In this document: piece by piece, positions 8,326 to 18,200 of the stretch
How the letters are laid out: the number at the start of each line of letters is the position of its first letter
Position numbering within the stretch: the stretch's first letter is position 1
Notes under the pieces: generated by a model
What the model was told of the DNA's origin: nothing
The model's input: the letters and a program-made list of their open reading frames with translations, nothing else
Database searches by the model: none
Translations under genes and position numbers: made by a program
From: Acidimicrobiia bacterium
GTDB taxonomy: Bacteria; Actinomycetota; Acidimicrobiia; Acidimicrobiales; Aldehydirespiratoraceae
Length of the DNA: 64,000 bases
Assembly (NCBI GenBank): GCA_024421085.1
Contig: JAHQYN010000001.1
Span: 5,009 to 69,008, forward strand
Direction: 5' to 3'

Positions 8326-11300
8326 ATGGAACGCCTCGATGAGTTGACCGAAGCCGCAAAGCAGACTTTGGAACACCACGACCATTCAGTGGCTCGGGAC
8401 TCGACATCCTCCGAGAGCGATATCCGAGCTGCGATAGTCGCGATGTTCATTAGCGGGGAATTGGCTAAACGGGACGAGATCTTGTTGGAGTCGGACCGCA
8501 CAGACCTTCGCACGGGCCACGTTCTTGTCGAAGTGAAACGACGGATCGGTGTTGGGACGGACCCAAAACCAGAACATCTTTCTCAGCTTGACCGTTACCT
8601 CAATGATGCCCGGACGAAAGGACGAGGCGAGCGGCTCGGGATACTCACCGACGGAAAGTACTGGGTGTTGCGTCCAAGCGCCGAGACCGGTCAACCCCTC
8701 AAGACCGCTAGCACCCGGACATTCACACTACGGAGCGCAAAGGCCGCGGTGGACTGGCTGGTGTGGGTGCGAGACGCAGCCGAGCTCACGTTCAGCAGGC
8801 TACCACAAGCGACATCTGAGATCGTCGCCAAAGCGTTCGGTACTGGTTTGATGGCCAGCAACGAGGTTACCGAACTTCGCCGCCTTTACGACGACCACAG
8901 AGCTCGTCCGACCATACAGGTCAAACGCGAGTTGTGGGAGACGTTGCTCGGAACAGCACTCGGTGAGGTGGTGTCTGAAACGAATGATATAGATGATCTG
9001 TTTGTACGCCACACGTATCTTACAGCGGTTGTTGGGTTGGCGCTGCAGTCAGCGTTTGGGATCGATATCGCGGATATCTCCGCTGACAATCCGAACAGCT
9101 TGATAGATGGGACTGTTTTCGCTGAGCGAACAGCGGTACGCGGAGTGATCGAATCTGACTTCTTCGGTTGGCCGACTGAAGTAACCGGCGGTGAATCATG
9201 GATCGAAGCATTAGCCCGCCGAGTAGCTCGCTTCGATTGGGGGTCAACTCAGATCGATCTTGGAAGCGTCTTGTATCAAAGCGTGATCAGCGCGAATGAA
9301 CGCAAGCGTCTTGGCGAATATTACACCCCCGATTGGTTGGCTGAAGCGGTAGTCAGTGAGACGGTCCAGGATCCACTAAATCAACGAGTGCTCGACCCTG
9401 CGTGTGGCTCTGGGACTTTTCTTCGTGAGTGCGTGAAAGCGTTCGTCGTTGAAGCAAAAGCGCAAGACGTTGATGCGCGCGATGCGCTGCTGTCGTTGCA
9501 GAACAAAGTGATTGGTGTTGATATTCATCCTGTCGCGGTCCACCTAGCTCGCACTGCTTGGATTCTGGCTGCCCGAGAATTGATAAGCGAGGTCGACGGA
9601 ACCGTCAAAGTAGCGGTCCCGGTATTTCTCGGAGATAGCCTGCAGACCCAAGCGAACGCTGAGAGTTTGTTCGGGCAGAACACCGCGGTTATTGTCTATG
9701 ACCCATCTAGCGGGATCAGTCTTGAGTTTCCGAGAGGCTTGGTTGACAGCGGAGATAGCTTCGATCTGTTGTTGTCGCGAGTTGCGATGGACATCAGTGA
9801 AGGGGTTGACCCTGTTCATATTCTCGAATGGGCAAAACAAAGCCTTGACTGGTTTGAATCAGCAAGCAGTGCCGACGTCAAGATGATTCGATCAACTTTA
9901 GAAGCGCTCACAAGGCTCCACGAGCAAGGCAGAGATCACATTTGGGCATACTTCACGCGCAACCTTGTGAGACCAATATGGTTGAGCACCGATGCTGGGA
10001 AGGTGGATCGAATAGTTGGAAATCCGCCATGGCTTACATACAACAAGACACGATCTACGATCCGAGACGCTCTCAAGAAATTTGCAAAGTCGATGTACGG
10101 TTTGTGGCCAAACCAGCAATATGTGACACACAGTGACTTGGCTGGACTGTTCTACGCCCGGTGCGTTGATCTCTATCTGCGTGGGGGAGGGCAAGCAGCA
10201 ATGGTGATGCCTCATTCGGTTCTGCTCGCGGGACAATACGAACCTTGGAGAACAGGTCAATGGGGCCACGTCAGCGTTGACCTTGGAGCGGAGCCCTGGG
10301 ATTGCGAAACACTGGACCCCAACAACTTTTTCCCGGTCCCCGCTTGCGTCGTGTTCGCGTCGAAGACTCAGGGCCGAGGTCTGTCGCGAACCGTGATTCA
10401 ATGGCATGGCTCACCGAACGACCCTACAAACATCAGGCGGGCGCCTCTTACCCTGCCTAAACTCGAGAGACAATCACGCTACGGGACACGCGCTAAACAA
10501 GGAGCGACCATCGTGCCGCGTGTCCTGTTCTTCGTTCAAGCTTTGGAGTCTGCGACCGCCATGCTCAACGGGTTCAGCGATGTGGTTCCGATGCGGTCAA
10601 GCCAAGAAAAAGAACCGTGGAAATCCCTAGACATTCCAACACTTAAAGCTACGATCTCAGACGACTACATTCATGATGTTCACCGCGGTGATACAATCGC
10701 TCCGTTTGTTGCCTTGCCTCCACAAAGAGCCGTGATCCCTTTCAAGAGAGGATCCACGGGTGTTCCTTGGACGAAAACGAATCCTAGCGTATTGCCCGTG
10801 CCTGATATAGGGTTGTGGCGCCGGTGGCAGGTGATGACACAGACTTGGGAAGCCAACAAAGCAGCAGCAAACAAACTAACGCTCGTGTCCCAGATTGATT
10901 ACCGGCTCAAGTTGACGCACCAACTGCCCGCAGCAAAGACGAGGTTGCTTTATGGTGCTTCGGGGCGACCAACGGCTACGATCTTATGTAACTCTGATGC
11001 GTTGATCGACTCTTCGTTGTTTTGGATTGAGTGCCGGGACGAGCCAGAAGCACATTATCTAGCGGCGATAATTAACAGTGACCGCCTGTATCACGCGGTG
11101 CGTCCGTTGATGTCTAAGGGACAGTTCGGTCCGCGTCACCTCCAAAAACACTTATGGAGGTTGAACATAGCGGAATACGAACCAACAAACCCCGTACACC
11201 AGAAACTCGCCGCACTCGGTGCAAAATCGGCGAAACAAGCGGCCCGAATCGTCGACTCGCTTGGGGCAGATGTTGCGATTGACAAAGCCCGGAAGGCCGT

Positions 11301-11367
11301 ACGCAAACAGTTCGCCGGATCAAAGATCTCAGCTGAGATCGAAAAACTGGTCGAAACGATGATCTAA
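8326..11367 (+). CDS. Single-polypeptide Type IIG/IIL restriction-modification enzyme (MmeI-like layout: N-terminal PD-ExK nuclease, gamma-class N6-adenine methyltransferase, C-terminal specificity region)
   Basis: ORF 8185-11367; the first ATG is at 8326 (MERLDELTE). Motifs are DLRTGHVLVEVKRR (D-x8-E-x-K), GILTDGKYWVL, EYYTPDWLA, LDPACGSGTFL (SAM motif I) and VGNPPWLTYN (motif IV). Hand-counted GC is about 45-55%, against about 70% in the flanks. Confidence 0.65.
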   Translation: MERLDELTEAAKQTLEHHDHSVARDSTSSESDIRAAIVAMFISGELAKRDEILLESDRTDLRTGHVLVEVKRRIGVGTDPKPEHLSQLDRYLNDARTKGRGERLGILTDGKYWVLRPSAETGQPLKTASTRTFTLRSAKAAVDWLVWVRDAAELTFSRLPQATSEIVAKAFGTGLMASNEVTELRRLYDDHRARPTIQVKRELWETLLGTALGEVVSETNDIDDLFVRHTYLTAVVGLALQSAFGIDIADISADNPNSLIDGTVFAERTAVRGVIESDFFGWPTEVTGGESWIEALARRVARFDWGSTQIDLGSVLYQSVISANERKRLGEYYTPDWLAEAVVSETVQDPLNQRVLDPACGSGTFLRECVKAFVVEAKAQDVDARDALLSLQNKVIGVDIHPVAVHLARTAWILAARELISEVDGTVKVAVPVFLGDSLQTQANAESLFGQNTAVIVYDPSSGISLEFPRGLVDSGDSFDLLLSRVAMDISEGVDPVHILEWAKQSLDWFESASSADVKMIRSTLEALTRLHEQGRDHIWAYFTRNLVRPIWLSTDAGKVDRIVGNPPWLTYNKTRSTIRDALKKFAKSMYGLWPNQQYVTHSDLAGLFYARCVDLYLRGGGQAAMVMPHSVLLAGQYEPWRTGQWGHVSVDLGAEPWDCETLDPNNFFPVPACVVFASKTQGRGLSRTVIQWHGSPNDPTNIRRAPLTLPKLERQSRYGTRAKQGATIVPRVLFFVQALESATAMLNGFSDVVPMRSSQEKEPWKSLDIPTLKATISDDYIHDVHRGDTIAPFVALPPQRAVIPFKRGSTGVPWTKTNPSVLPVPDIGLWRRWQVMTQTWEANKAAANKLTLVSQIDYRLKLTHQLPAAKTRLLYGASGRPTATILCNSDALIDSSLFWIECRDEPEAHYLAAIINSDRLYHAVRPLMSKGQFGPRHLQKHLWRLNIAEYEPTNPVHQKLAALGAKSAKQAARIVDSLGADVAIDKARKAVRKQFAGSKISAEIEKLVETMI

Positions 11368-11474
11368 CTCTGCGATGGTTGGAGAACAGTTCCATGACTC
11401 GCTCCATCCGCGTGACGCGACCATCAATGCGAGAGCGAGTCACACGGTGAGTTGCGGCGATCCCCCGCTCCGAT

Positions 11475-11823
11475 CCTCTTCGGTGACCTGGTGAACATGG
11501 CGCTGGTTGGCGATCCCGGCGATGTTGCCGAGCACGTCGATCCCTCCGTAGGTGGCGACACAGGCCTCGGCGGCAGCGCGGCACTCTGGGTCCGAGCGGA
11601 CGTCGGTGACCCGTCTGGACAGCTGCTGACCCGCGGAGGTGATCTCCGCTTCGGTCTCTGCCAGTTTGGCTTCGTCGATGTCGAGGTCGAACGCGCAGGC
11701 CGCCTCGGCGGCGAGGCGCCGGGCCGTCGCCCGCCCGATTCCCGATGCGACTCCGGTGAGCGACGCGATCTTGTGCGCGTATCGATTTGCGGCGCGGATC
11801 GTATCGCTCGGAGCGCCGCGCAA
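11475..11823 (-). pseudogene. Truncated SDR gene fragment (N-terminal ~115 codons only), about 80% aa-identical to the 5' part of 7334-8107
   Basis: ORF 11440-11823 reads ...IASLTGVASGIGRATARRLAAE...AAAEACVATYGGIDVLGNIAGIANQRHVHQVTEED and then runs into unrelated sequence. The catalytic YxxxK part is absent. Confidence 0.8.
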
Positions 11824-11940
11824 ACCAAATGTCGACTGGCATCTCGCAGGTTTTTGCCCCCCAAATGTCGATCGCGCGGGCCATTGTCACACACCTGGAC
11901 TACTGTTCGGCTCCGTGAACACCGCTATCGCACAGAACTG

Positions 11941-11972
11941 GAGTCTGCCCAATGAGGAGTCTGCCCAATGAG
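11941..11972. repeat. Perfect 16-bp tandem duplication (gagtctgcccaatgag x2) spanning the start codon of the first operon gene
   Basis: Copies at 11941-11956 and 11957-11972. The junction creates GAGGAG (11955-11960) 7 nt upstream of the ATG at 11968, and a 7-codon mini-ORF from the ATG at 11952. Confidence 0.9.
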
Positions 11973-12339
11973 TAATGATCCTTGGGGAAGCACCGACGAC
12001 GTCTTCGGAGACGATCAACTGGTCGCTGATGCGGCCGCGGTGCCTGTGGTTTCCGGCACTGGGTTGGGCCAGAGACACCGCGTGGTCGGCGTGGGGCCGC
12101 TGGTCTTGTCGCTGGCTGCTCTGGTGGTGTCATTGGCCGGCGCACCGGGCTACGCCATGGTGGGCCTGGCGGCGCTGGCCTATGTGCTGGCGGTGTTGAC
12201 CGACCTGTTCGTGCGCAGATCGCGGTACCGCCTACACAACTACAGCCGTTGCCTGACCACGGTGGCGCTGCGCGTCGGCACGTTCGTGGCCGCGCTCCTC
12301 GTCGGTTGGCTGGCGGCCTCGTCGATGGCGGGCGCGTGA
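11968..12339 (+). CDS. Small integral membrane protein (acidic N-terminus plus 3 predicted TM helices); first gene of the vWA/tubulin-like operon
   Basis: 123 aa. Hydrophobic stretches are VVGVGPLVLSLAALVVSLAG, YAMVGLAALAYVLAVLTDLFV and TVALRVGTFVAALLVGWLAA. An SD-like GAGGAG lies upstream. The stop TGA (12337-12339) overlaps the next ATG (12339). Confidence 0.55.
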   Translation: MSNDPWGSTDDVFGDDQLVADAAAVPVVSGTGLGQRHRVVGVGPLVLSLAALVVSLAGAPGYAMVGLAALAYVLAVLTDLFVRRSRYRLHNYSRCLTTVALRVGTFVAALLVGWLAASSMAGA

Positions 12340-15227
12340 TGAGGTTCGGTCGCCTCTTCGGCCTCGCCCTTCTGCTGGGCCTGCTGGGCGCGATCCTCGC
12401 CCTTGCTGCGCCCGACCGTCCCGCCTCCGCCGAGACCGGCATCAGCCCCACCGCCAAGTGCAAGCTGTCCGAAGCGCAGAACCAGATCAACGTAGTCCTG
12501 CTACTGGACGCCTCAGGAAGTCTCGAGGCGACCGACCCGGACCGCAACCGTCGAGACGGGTTGCAGGCTGCGGTTGAGAACCTGGCCGAACTGGCTGGCA
12601 ATGATGCAGCCAACATCGACATCGCGGTGGACACGTTCAACACCGTTTATCACAACAAGCACGGATGGCAGTCCGCGTCGGACGCGCGGCGCGAACTGAT
12701 CGGACGATACTCCGAAATCACCTCGTTGGGGAGCGGGCGTGGGAGGACTGACTATCGAGAGGCAATGCGCGGGTTGGATCAACGATTCGACGCCGCTTCG
12801 ACAACAGGCACATGCAACCTGTTGTTGTGGTTCACCGACGGTGAACACGCGACCGACGGCAGCAACGGCGTCACACCCGAGGAGTGGCAGCAGGTGGAGA
12901 CCCTGTGCTCCTCGACGGCGATGGGAGACTTGTCAGAGATCAACCTGTACACCGTCGGAGTGCTGTTGCAGTCCAGCGCCGGGACGGTAGACGCAGGGCC
13001 CCTGAGGTATCTGTTCGGGGAGGACGACGGGCGCGACTGTCCGTTCGCCCTCAACGGTGAGATCAAAGACGAATTTGATGCCGAACAGATCACTTCGGCT
13101 CTGGACGAACTGATCAACGAAGTCGTCTATGAGGTCCAGGCTGAGCTGCCAACCGACGACGACCTGCCCAATGAGGAGCAAGGGCTTCCCGAGGATTTTG
13201 GTGAATGTGAAGGCGTTGGCACCGCGGATGCTCCGTGCGTCTACGAGTTCACCTTGGATCCCGGCACCGAGGGCTTTCGCCTCTTCTTGGACATGACGTT
13301 CCTCAATCAAGAAATACGAAACCCAGAAGCGATCAGGTTTCGCTTGGTGTCACCGTCGGGTCGCAACGAAGAGATCGTCGTCGCTCCGCAAGGCGATGCA
13401 AATCTGAGCGACTATCAACCGGTTCGGTCGTTCGGGTTCTGGTCTCGAAGGCCCTACGACAGCCGCTGGGAGATCATTGGTCACATAGCGGCACAGGAGC
13501 GTGTCGGCGACAGCTGGGAATGGGAAGGGGAGTGGGATCTGCAATTCTGGGGTGACACGCCTCAAGCTGCCGATGAGGCCAGGAAGGTCGCCTCAGCCCT
13601 GCGAGAGATCACTGACGTGGCTCCGACAGCAGAGCAAATGTCTGTGAACGAGGACGGAACCCTGACCGGGTTCGTCGTCAACTATCCGGGCGGTTACTCC
13701 GATGTCGAGTTGCGCCTGCAACCCCGCGATAATAGTGGTGAGCCGGTGTATCCGGCCCGCGAGAACTTGACCTGCAGGTCTTTGACCGTCTGTGACCCAG
13801 TGCCGGTGGGCGACAGCGAGGCCGGGCGCCGTTTCGTTATTCCGAGCTTGTTCGACGAACTCCTCTGGTGGGACAGTGCTGACGGTGGCGGAGACACCAT
13901 GGCGCTCGACCAAGCACACACTGAGAGCGATCCGATCAAGATCGTTGCCGTATTGGGCCAATCATTCACCTACGGCAACGTGGAGGAGATGCAATGGTCA
14001 CGAGACATAGGAGAACTCCCACTGGCAGGTTTGACTCGACATCTCATGCGTCGCGAAAATTACGAGGATCTCAAGGATTGGCTCGAAATGGGAGGGTCCG
14101 ACGCTGTGCCCCTGTTGAGCCTCGAGCCCGCACCCTACGAGGTCTCAGGCGATCAGGTGAGCTTCGGGTTGAACGCCGGCAGTTCGGAGTTCGGCGGTGT
14201 GGTCACGCTGCAGGGCGCGACTGCTGAGATCGGCAGCGAGACGAAGCAGCTGCCGGTGGATTTCGACTATGCGTGCTCGGTCCCCCCTGAAGGAACGGAC
14301 TGCCCGGAGATCGCGTTTGATCTCGGCTTGTCTTCTGACAGCGATGTCATCGCGGTGTTGCACTTCGAGATATCGCCGCCAGGGGACCTCGAAGAAAAGA
14401 TCCGCGCCGACGGTGTGGCGCCGTCGAGACAGCAGATGGACGATCTGTGGCGCGAGGTCCAAGAGCGGACGCAACCGCGCACTGAGTCGGTTCGATCCGC
14501 AGAGTTTCGGGTGGACCTAGCGACCGCGAGCGACACCTTCGCGAAGTTCTTGCCGATTCTGCTGACGCTGATCGTGTTGGCCGGGCTGCTGCGGGTGCTC
14601 GTCGCTTGGAGGCTGCGTCCCTGGAACGCGCTCGGCAATGCTGAGTACCAAATGCAGCCACTGTCGATGGATGCTCTGGATCGTTCGATCGAAGCGGCCG
14701 AAAAGAACGTCTGCATGGACCTGACTAGACGGGCTGTGACGGCACGGGTCGGCGATGTGACGCTGGCGTCGAGTTGGATTCCGCTCCTGTTCGGAAAGCC
14801 GCCGTCGATCGAGGCAGTCCATTCGGGAGGCGCCGGATGTGCCGGGCCCCGCGCAATTAGGCCCGAGAAGGATCGCGCGGTCGGGATCGTCGGCAGCAGC
14901 TTGCAACAAGGTTGGGTAGTTGTGGCACACAGCGACTCGCGATTCGAGCTGATCGTTTGGGACCTGCCCTCTGCACTTGACGACCAAACCCAACACGTCC
15001 GCGATGTCGAGGACGCGGCTCGGGATGCGGTCGAGCGGCTGCGAGCCGACACGCGAACAGGCTCGGGGGCAGAATCCGCTGAGACCACCCAATCCCGAAG
15101 CGGCGACAGTCCACCACGCGACTCCTTCGGCGGCTCAGACGACCCGTTCAGCGGCACGAGCGACCCCTCCGGCGGCTCAGGAGATCCCTTCCGCAGTTCA
15201 GACAACCCGTTCAATTCGGGCTTCTAA
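12339..15227 (+). CDS. Secreted von Willebrand factor A (vWA/MIDAS) domain protein with a C-terminal TM anchor and a cytosolic tail
   Basis: ATG at 12339 gives the signal-like MRFGRLFGLALLLGLLGAILALAAP. MIDAS elements are VVLLLDASGSLE (DxSxS), GRTDY and LLLWFTDGEH. A late TM helix is FLPILLTLIVLAGLLRVLVAW. The tail ends in the DPF-rich SFGGSDDPFSGTSDPSGGSGDPFRSSDNPFNSGF. The upstream start at 12249 overlaps the previous gene. Confidence 0.8.
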   Translation: MRFGRLFGLALLLGLLGAILALAAPDRPASAETGISPTAKCKLSEAQNQINVVLLLDASGSLEATDPDRNRRDGLQAAVENLAELAGNDAANIDIAVDTFNTVYHNKHGWQSASDARRELIGRYSEITSLGSGRGRTDYREAMRGLDQRFDAASTTGTCNLLLWFTDGEHATDGSNGVTPEEWQQVETLCSSTAMGDLSEINLYTVGVLLQSSAGTVDAGPLRYLFGEDDGRDCPFALNGEIKDEFDAEQITSALDELINEVVYEVQAELPTDDDLPNEEQGLPEDFGECEGVGTADAPCVYEFTLDPGTEGFRLFLDMTFLNQEIRNPEAIRFRLVSPSGRNEEIVVAPQGDANLSDYQPVRSFGFWSRRPYDSRWEIIGHIAAQERVGDSWEWEGEWDLQFWGDTPQAADEARKVASALREITDVAPTAEQMSVNEDGTLTGFVVNYPGGYSDVELRLQPRDNSGEPVYPARENLTCRSLTVCDPVPVGDSEAGRRFVIPSLFDELLWWDSADGGGDTMALDQAHTESDPIKIVAVLGQSFTYGNVEEMQWSRDIGELPLAGLTRHLMRRENYEDLKDWLEMGGSDAVPLLSLEPAPYEVSGDQVSFGLNAGSSEFGGVVTLQGATAEIGSETKQLPVDFDYACSVPPEGTDCPEIAFDLGLSSDSDVIAVLHFEISPPGDLEEKIRADGVAPSRQQMDDLWREVQERTQPRTESVRSAEFRVDLATASDTFAKFLPILLTLIVLAGLLRVLVAWRLRPWNALGNAEYQMQPLSMDALDRSIEAAEKNVCMDLTRRAVTARVGDVTLASSWIPLLFGKPPSIEAVHSGGAGCAGPRAIRPEKDRAVGIVGSSLQQGWVVVAHSDSRFELIVWDLPSALDDQTQHVRDVEDAARDAVERLRADTRTGSGAESAETTQSRSGDSPPRDSFGGSDDPFSGTSDPSGGSGDPFRSSDNPFNSGF

Positions 15228-15246
15228 TAGAGAAAGGCAACACCGA

Positions 15247-18200
15247 ATGCTCAGACCAGTGATATTCATCGGATGCGGCGGTTCCGGGGAGAAGGCTGTG
15301 CGCTACGTGCGTTCCGCGGTCAAACGGACTCTGGACCAGGCCGCCTGGCAGAACGGGATGCCCGACTCCTGGCAGTTCATCGCCCTAGACACGCTGACAA
15401 CCCAGGAGAACCCGACCGAGATCCCGACCATTCCGGGCAATGACTTCCTTACCCTGTCCGCCGAGTTCGACGCCTACGCCGCGCTGCATCGTTCATTGGT
15501 GGCGGGGCACAGCGGACACCGCGGCGACCCGGAATTGTTGTGCGGCTGGCTGCCCGACCCCGACGAGGTGAACGTCCCCCTCAAGGACGGTGCCGGCCAG
15601 GTCCGCGCCATCGGCAGGGCAGTCGGGTTGCGTTCGCTTGAACGCACCTTGAAGCCGCGCCTCGAAGAAGCGTTCAGGCGGGCCAAGTCGGGGAACGCCG
15701 AGCTCTACGCGGTGGGCCAGTGCTTGGGGTTGGATACCGAACTCGGGTCTGACACGCCTGAGCCCCTGGTCGTGGTGTGCTCCTCAATGGCAGGAGGCAC
15801 CGGAGCGGGTGTGGCCCTCGACGTGGTGGACTTGCTGCGCCGCAGCGACCCGCTCGGGAACTACCCGACCCTGGTGCTGTTCGCCAACGACATTTTCGAC
15901 TTCCAAGCAAAGAACGACTCGATGACGGCCAACTCTCTGGGCCTGATCTCAGAGATGCTGGCGGCCTACTGGGCCAAGCCCGACGAGATCGATTCGCCGC
16001 TTGCGACGAGCAATGTGCAAGATGAGGGCGTCGGCCCCCACTCGGCGTTTATTCTCGGCAAGGCCGGTTACAGCGGCGCCGACCTGGGTAGCACCCAAGA
16101 GTTCTACCGTGCGGTCGGGGAGGCCCTTTCGAGTTGGGTCACGTCCAACACCGTGCAGGAGCAGGTCCACAACTTCATCAACGTCAACTGGCAAGCGAAC
16201 GCAAGCCAGAACTATGGCGGGTACCCGTTCGGGCGAGAGCAGCAGCTCGGCGCGCTCTCTTCGTTCGGCGCGGCCAAGCTGACCGTCGGCCGCGAACGCT
16301 TCGCGCAGTGGGCCAAGCACCAGTTGGGCAAGCAGATTCTCGAGGGGTTGATCCAGGGTCATCTCAGGCTCGCCGGCGACCTGCCTGACGGCCTTTCTGA
16401 TGAACGCAAGGTGGAGGAGGCCGGCAAGATCTACGCGGAGATGGTTTACCAGGCTTGGCCGAGGTGGGAGGCGCGGCCCGAACAGTTTCCTGGGCTCAAG
16501 GGAGCACGAACACAGTTCGCGTCAGATGAACAGCTGCGAGAAACTGTGAGCCGGCGCAAGCGCGAGATCAAACAGGATCTCCCCAGTGGACAGGAGGCTT
16601 TCGGCGAGCAATGGCGCGGTCAACTCGAGCGGTCCGGAAGGCGCCGTGTCGAGGAGGTCGAGCGAACGACCAGGGAGTTGTCCGCACGGGATCAAGCCTG
16701 GTGCCAGGACGTGGTCCACGCCACCTGCAGAGCTGCATCGCAGGTGGCCGCGGTGCAGTCGATGCCGGTGGCCGTTGCCGCGGTGACCGAAGCGGCGACG
16801 CGGTTGAACCGTGAGGAGGTCACCTTACTGCGCGCGGCGGCTTCCAGAGACAGCGCCAAGTATTCCAAGCGGGTCGCGGAGGGCCTTGCGACAATCGCTC
16901 GAGCTTCAGGGACGGTCAGTTCCGACGACCCGCGGCTCGACGAAGCGGTGACAGCCGTGGTTCAGGGCATTGCCTTGCACTGGCGGAGCCTCCGTCTCAC
17001 CAGGGCGGCCGAGGTGCTCGAACATGCCGAGACGCAATTGCTGGGGAGCATCGCTGATTCTTTTCGTGCTGCATCGGCCCAGGTCGGCGAGGCGTACCAG
17101 AGCGACGAGGTCAAGTCGTGGCCCGATCTGGAGGGTGTGCCCAGAAAGTATCTGCCGTCAACCGTGGAGTTCCCGCTGGAGCATCACGGCACATGGACCA
17201 ACAGTTTGGGACACCTCTGTGCCGAGGTTGCCGAAGGTGGCGTTCCTTACGGCGGGAGGTCCACAGACCCGTTGCGGTACTGCCTCATCACCGGCACCGA
17301 GTTGAGAGCCGACAACGATGAGATCAAGCCGCTGGTACACCTCTCACAATTCAAGCGCTGGACTCCCGGGCAACCCGTGGACATGACCTGCGATGCAAGG
17401 GCCGAAGACATTATTGAGCGGGTTGAACGCTGGATGAACGATCCCGGCGGGAGATTCAAACGTTTCCTCGACGAAGGCTTGGCCGCCTATCTCAGCGAGC
17501 ACGATTCCGACACCGACAGGCGCCGAGTCGACCACGTCGAGCGCCTTCGGAGGTTCCGAAGCCAACTTGGTGCGGCCAAGAACCGCTCGGAGCCCTTGGT
17601 GTCGATCAACGCCGACCTCTATGGGCAATGCCACGACAAGGCGATCGAGTTCACGACCATCTGCAGCCAGTTCCCGTTCCTTGAGGGTCATCCTGCTGCT
17701 GAGGACGCACGCAAGATCGTCGGCGACGACGCCTATGAGTCAGGCAATGCCGACACAACGTCGGTGCTGATCTCTCAGTACCTCAAGCACCCGATACACC
17801 CGTTGGTGGTGAGGTCCATAACGGATCCCATCAGCGATGCCCTCTCGGCTACCGAGGATCCCGGCGAGAGGGCGTCGTCTTTCTGGATGTGGCGCAGGGG
17901 GAGGCGGCTCGACGCCTTCGTGCCGCTGCCGCGGGAGCTGTTGGAGTCGGTCATCCGCGGGTTCGCGGTGGCGCGGCTCTGCGGCTATGTGACCGCCGAC
18001 ACCGACATCCCCATCCGGATCACAACCGAGCATGGGGTGGCATCTTTCCCGTGGCCGCTGTTGAGTCGTTTGAGTGCACAGAACGACATTCTTCCGGTTC
18101 TGCTTGAGAGCTTCTCGCTCACCTACGGGATGGTCCCGAGCGCGGGTTTTCGCACCTATGACGGTTTCAAGCGCCTCTACGAACTGGGCGAGCCAGTGAC

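Noticed and set aside
12249-12338. Upstream start (12249) for the vWA protein ORF.
   Set aside because: It overlaps the preceding membrane-protein gene. The ATG at 12339 yields a canonical signal peptide and overlaps the upstream stop by 1 nt.
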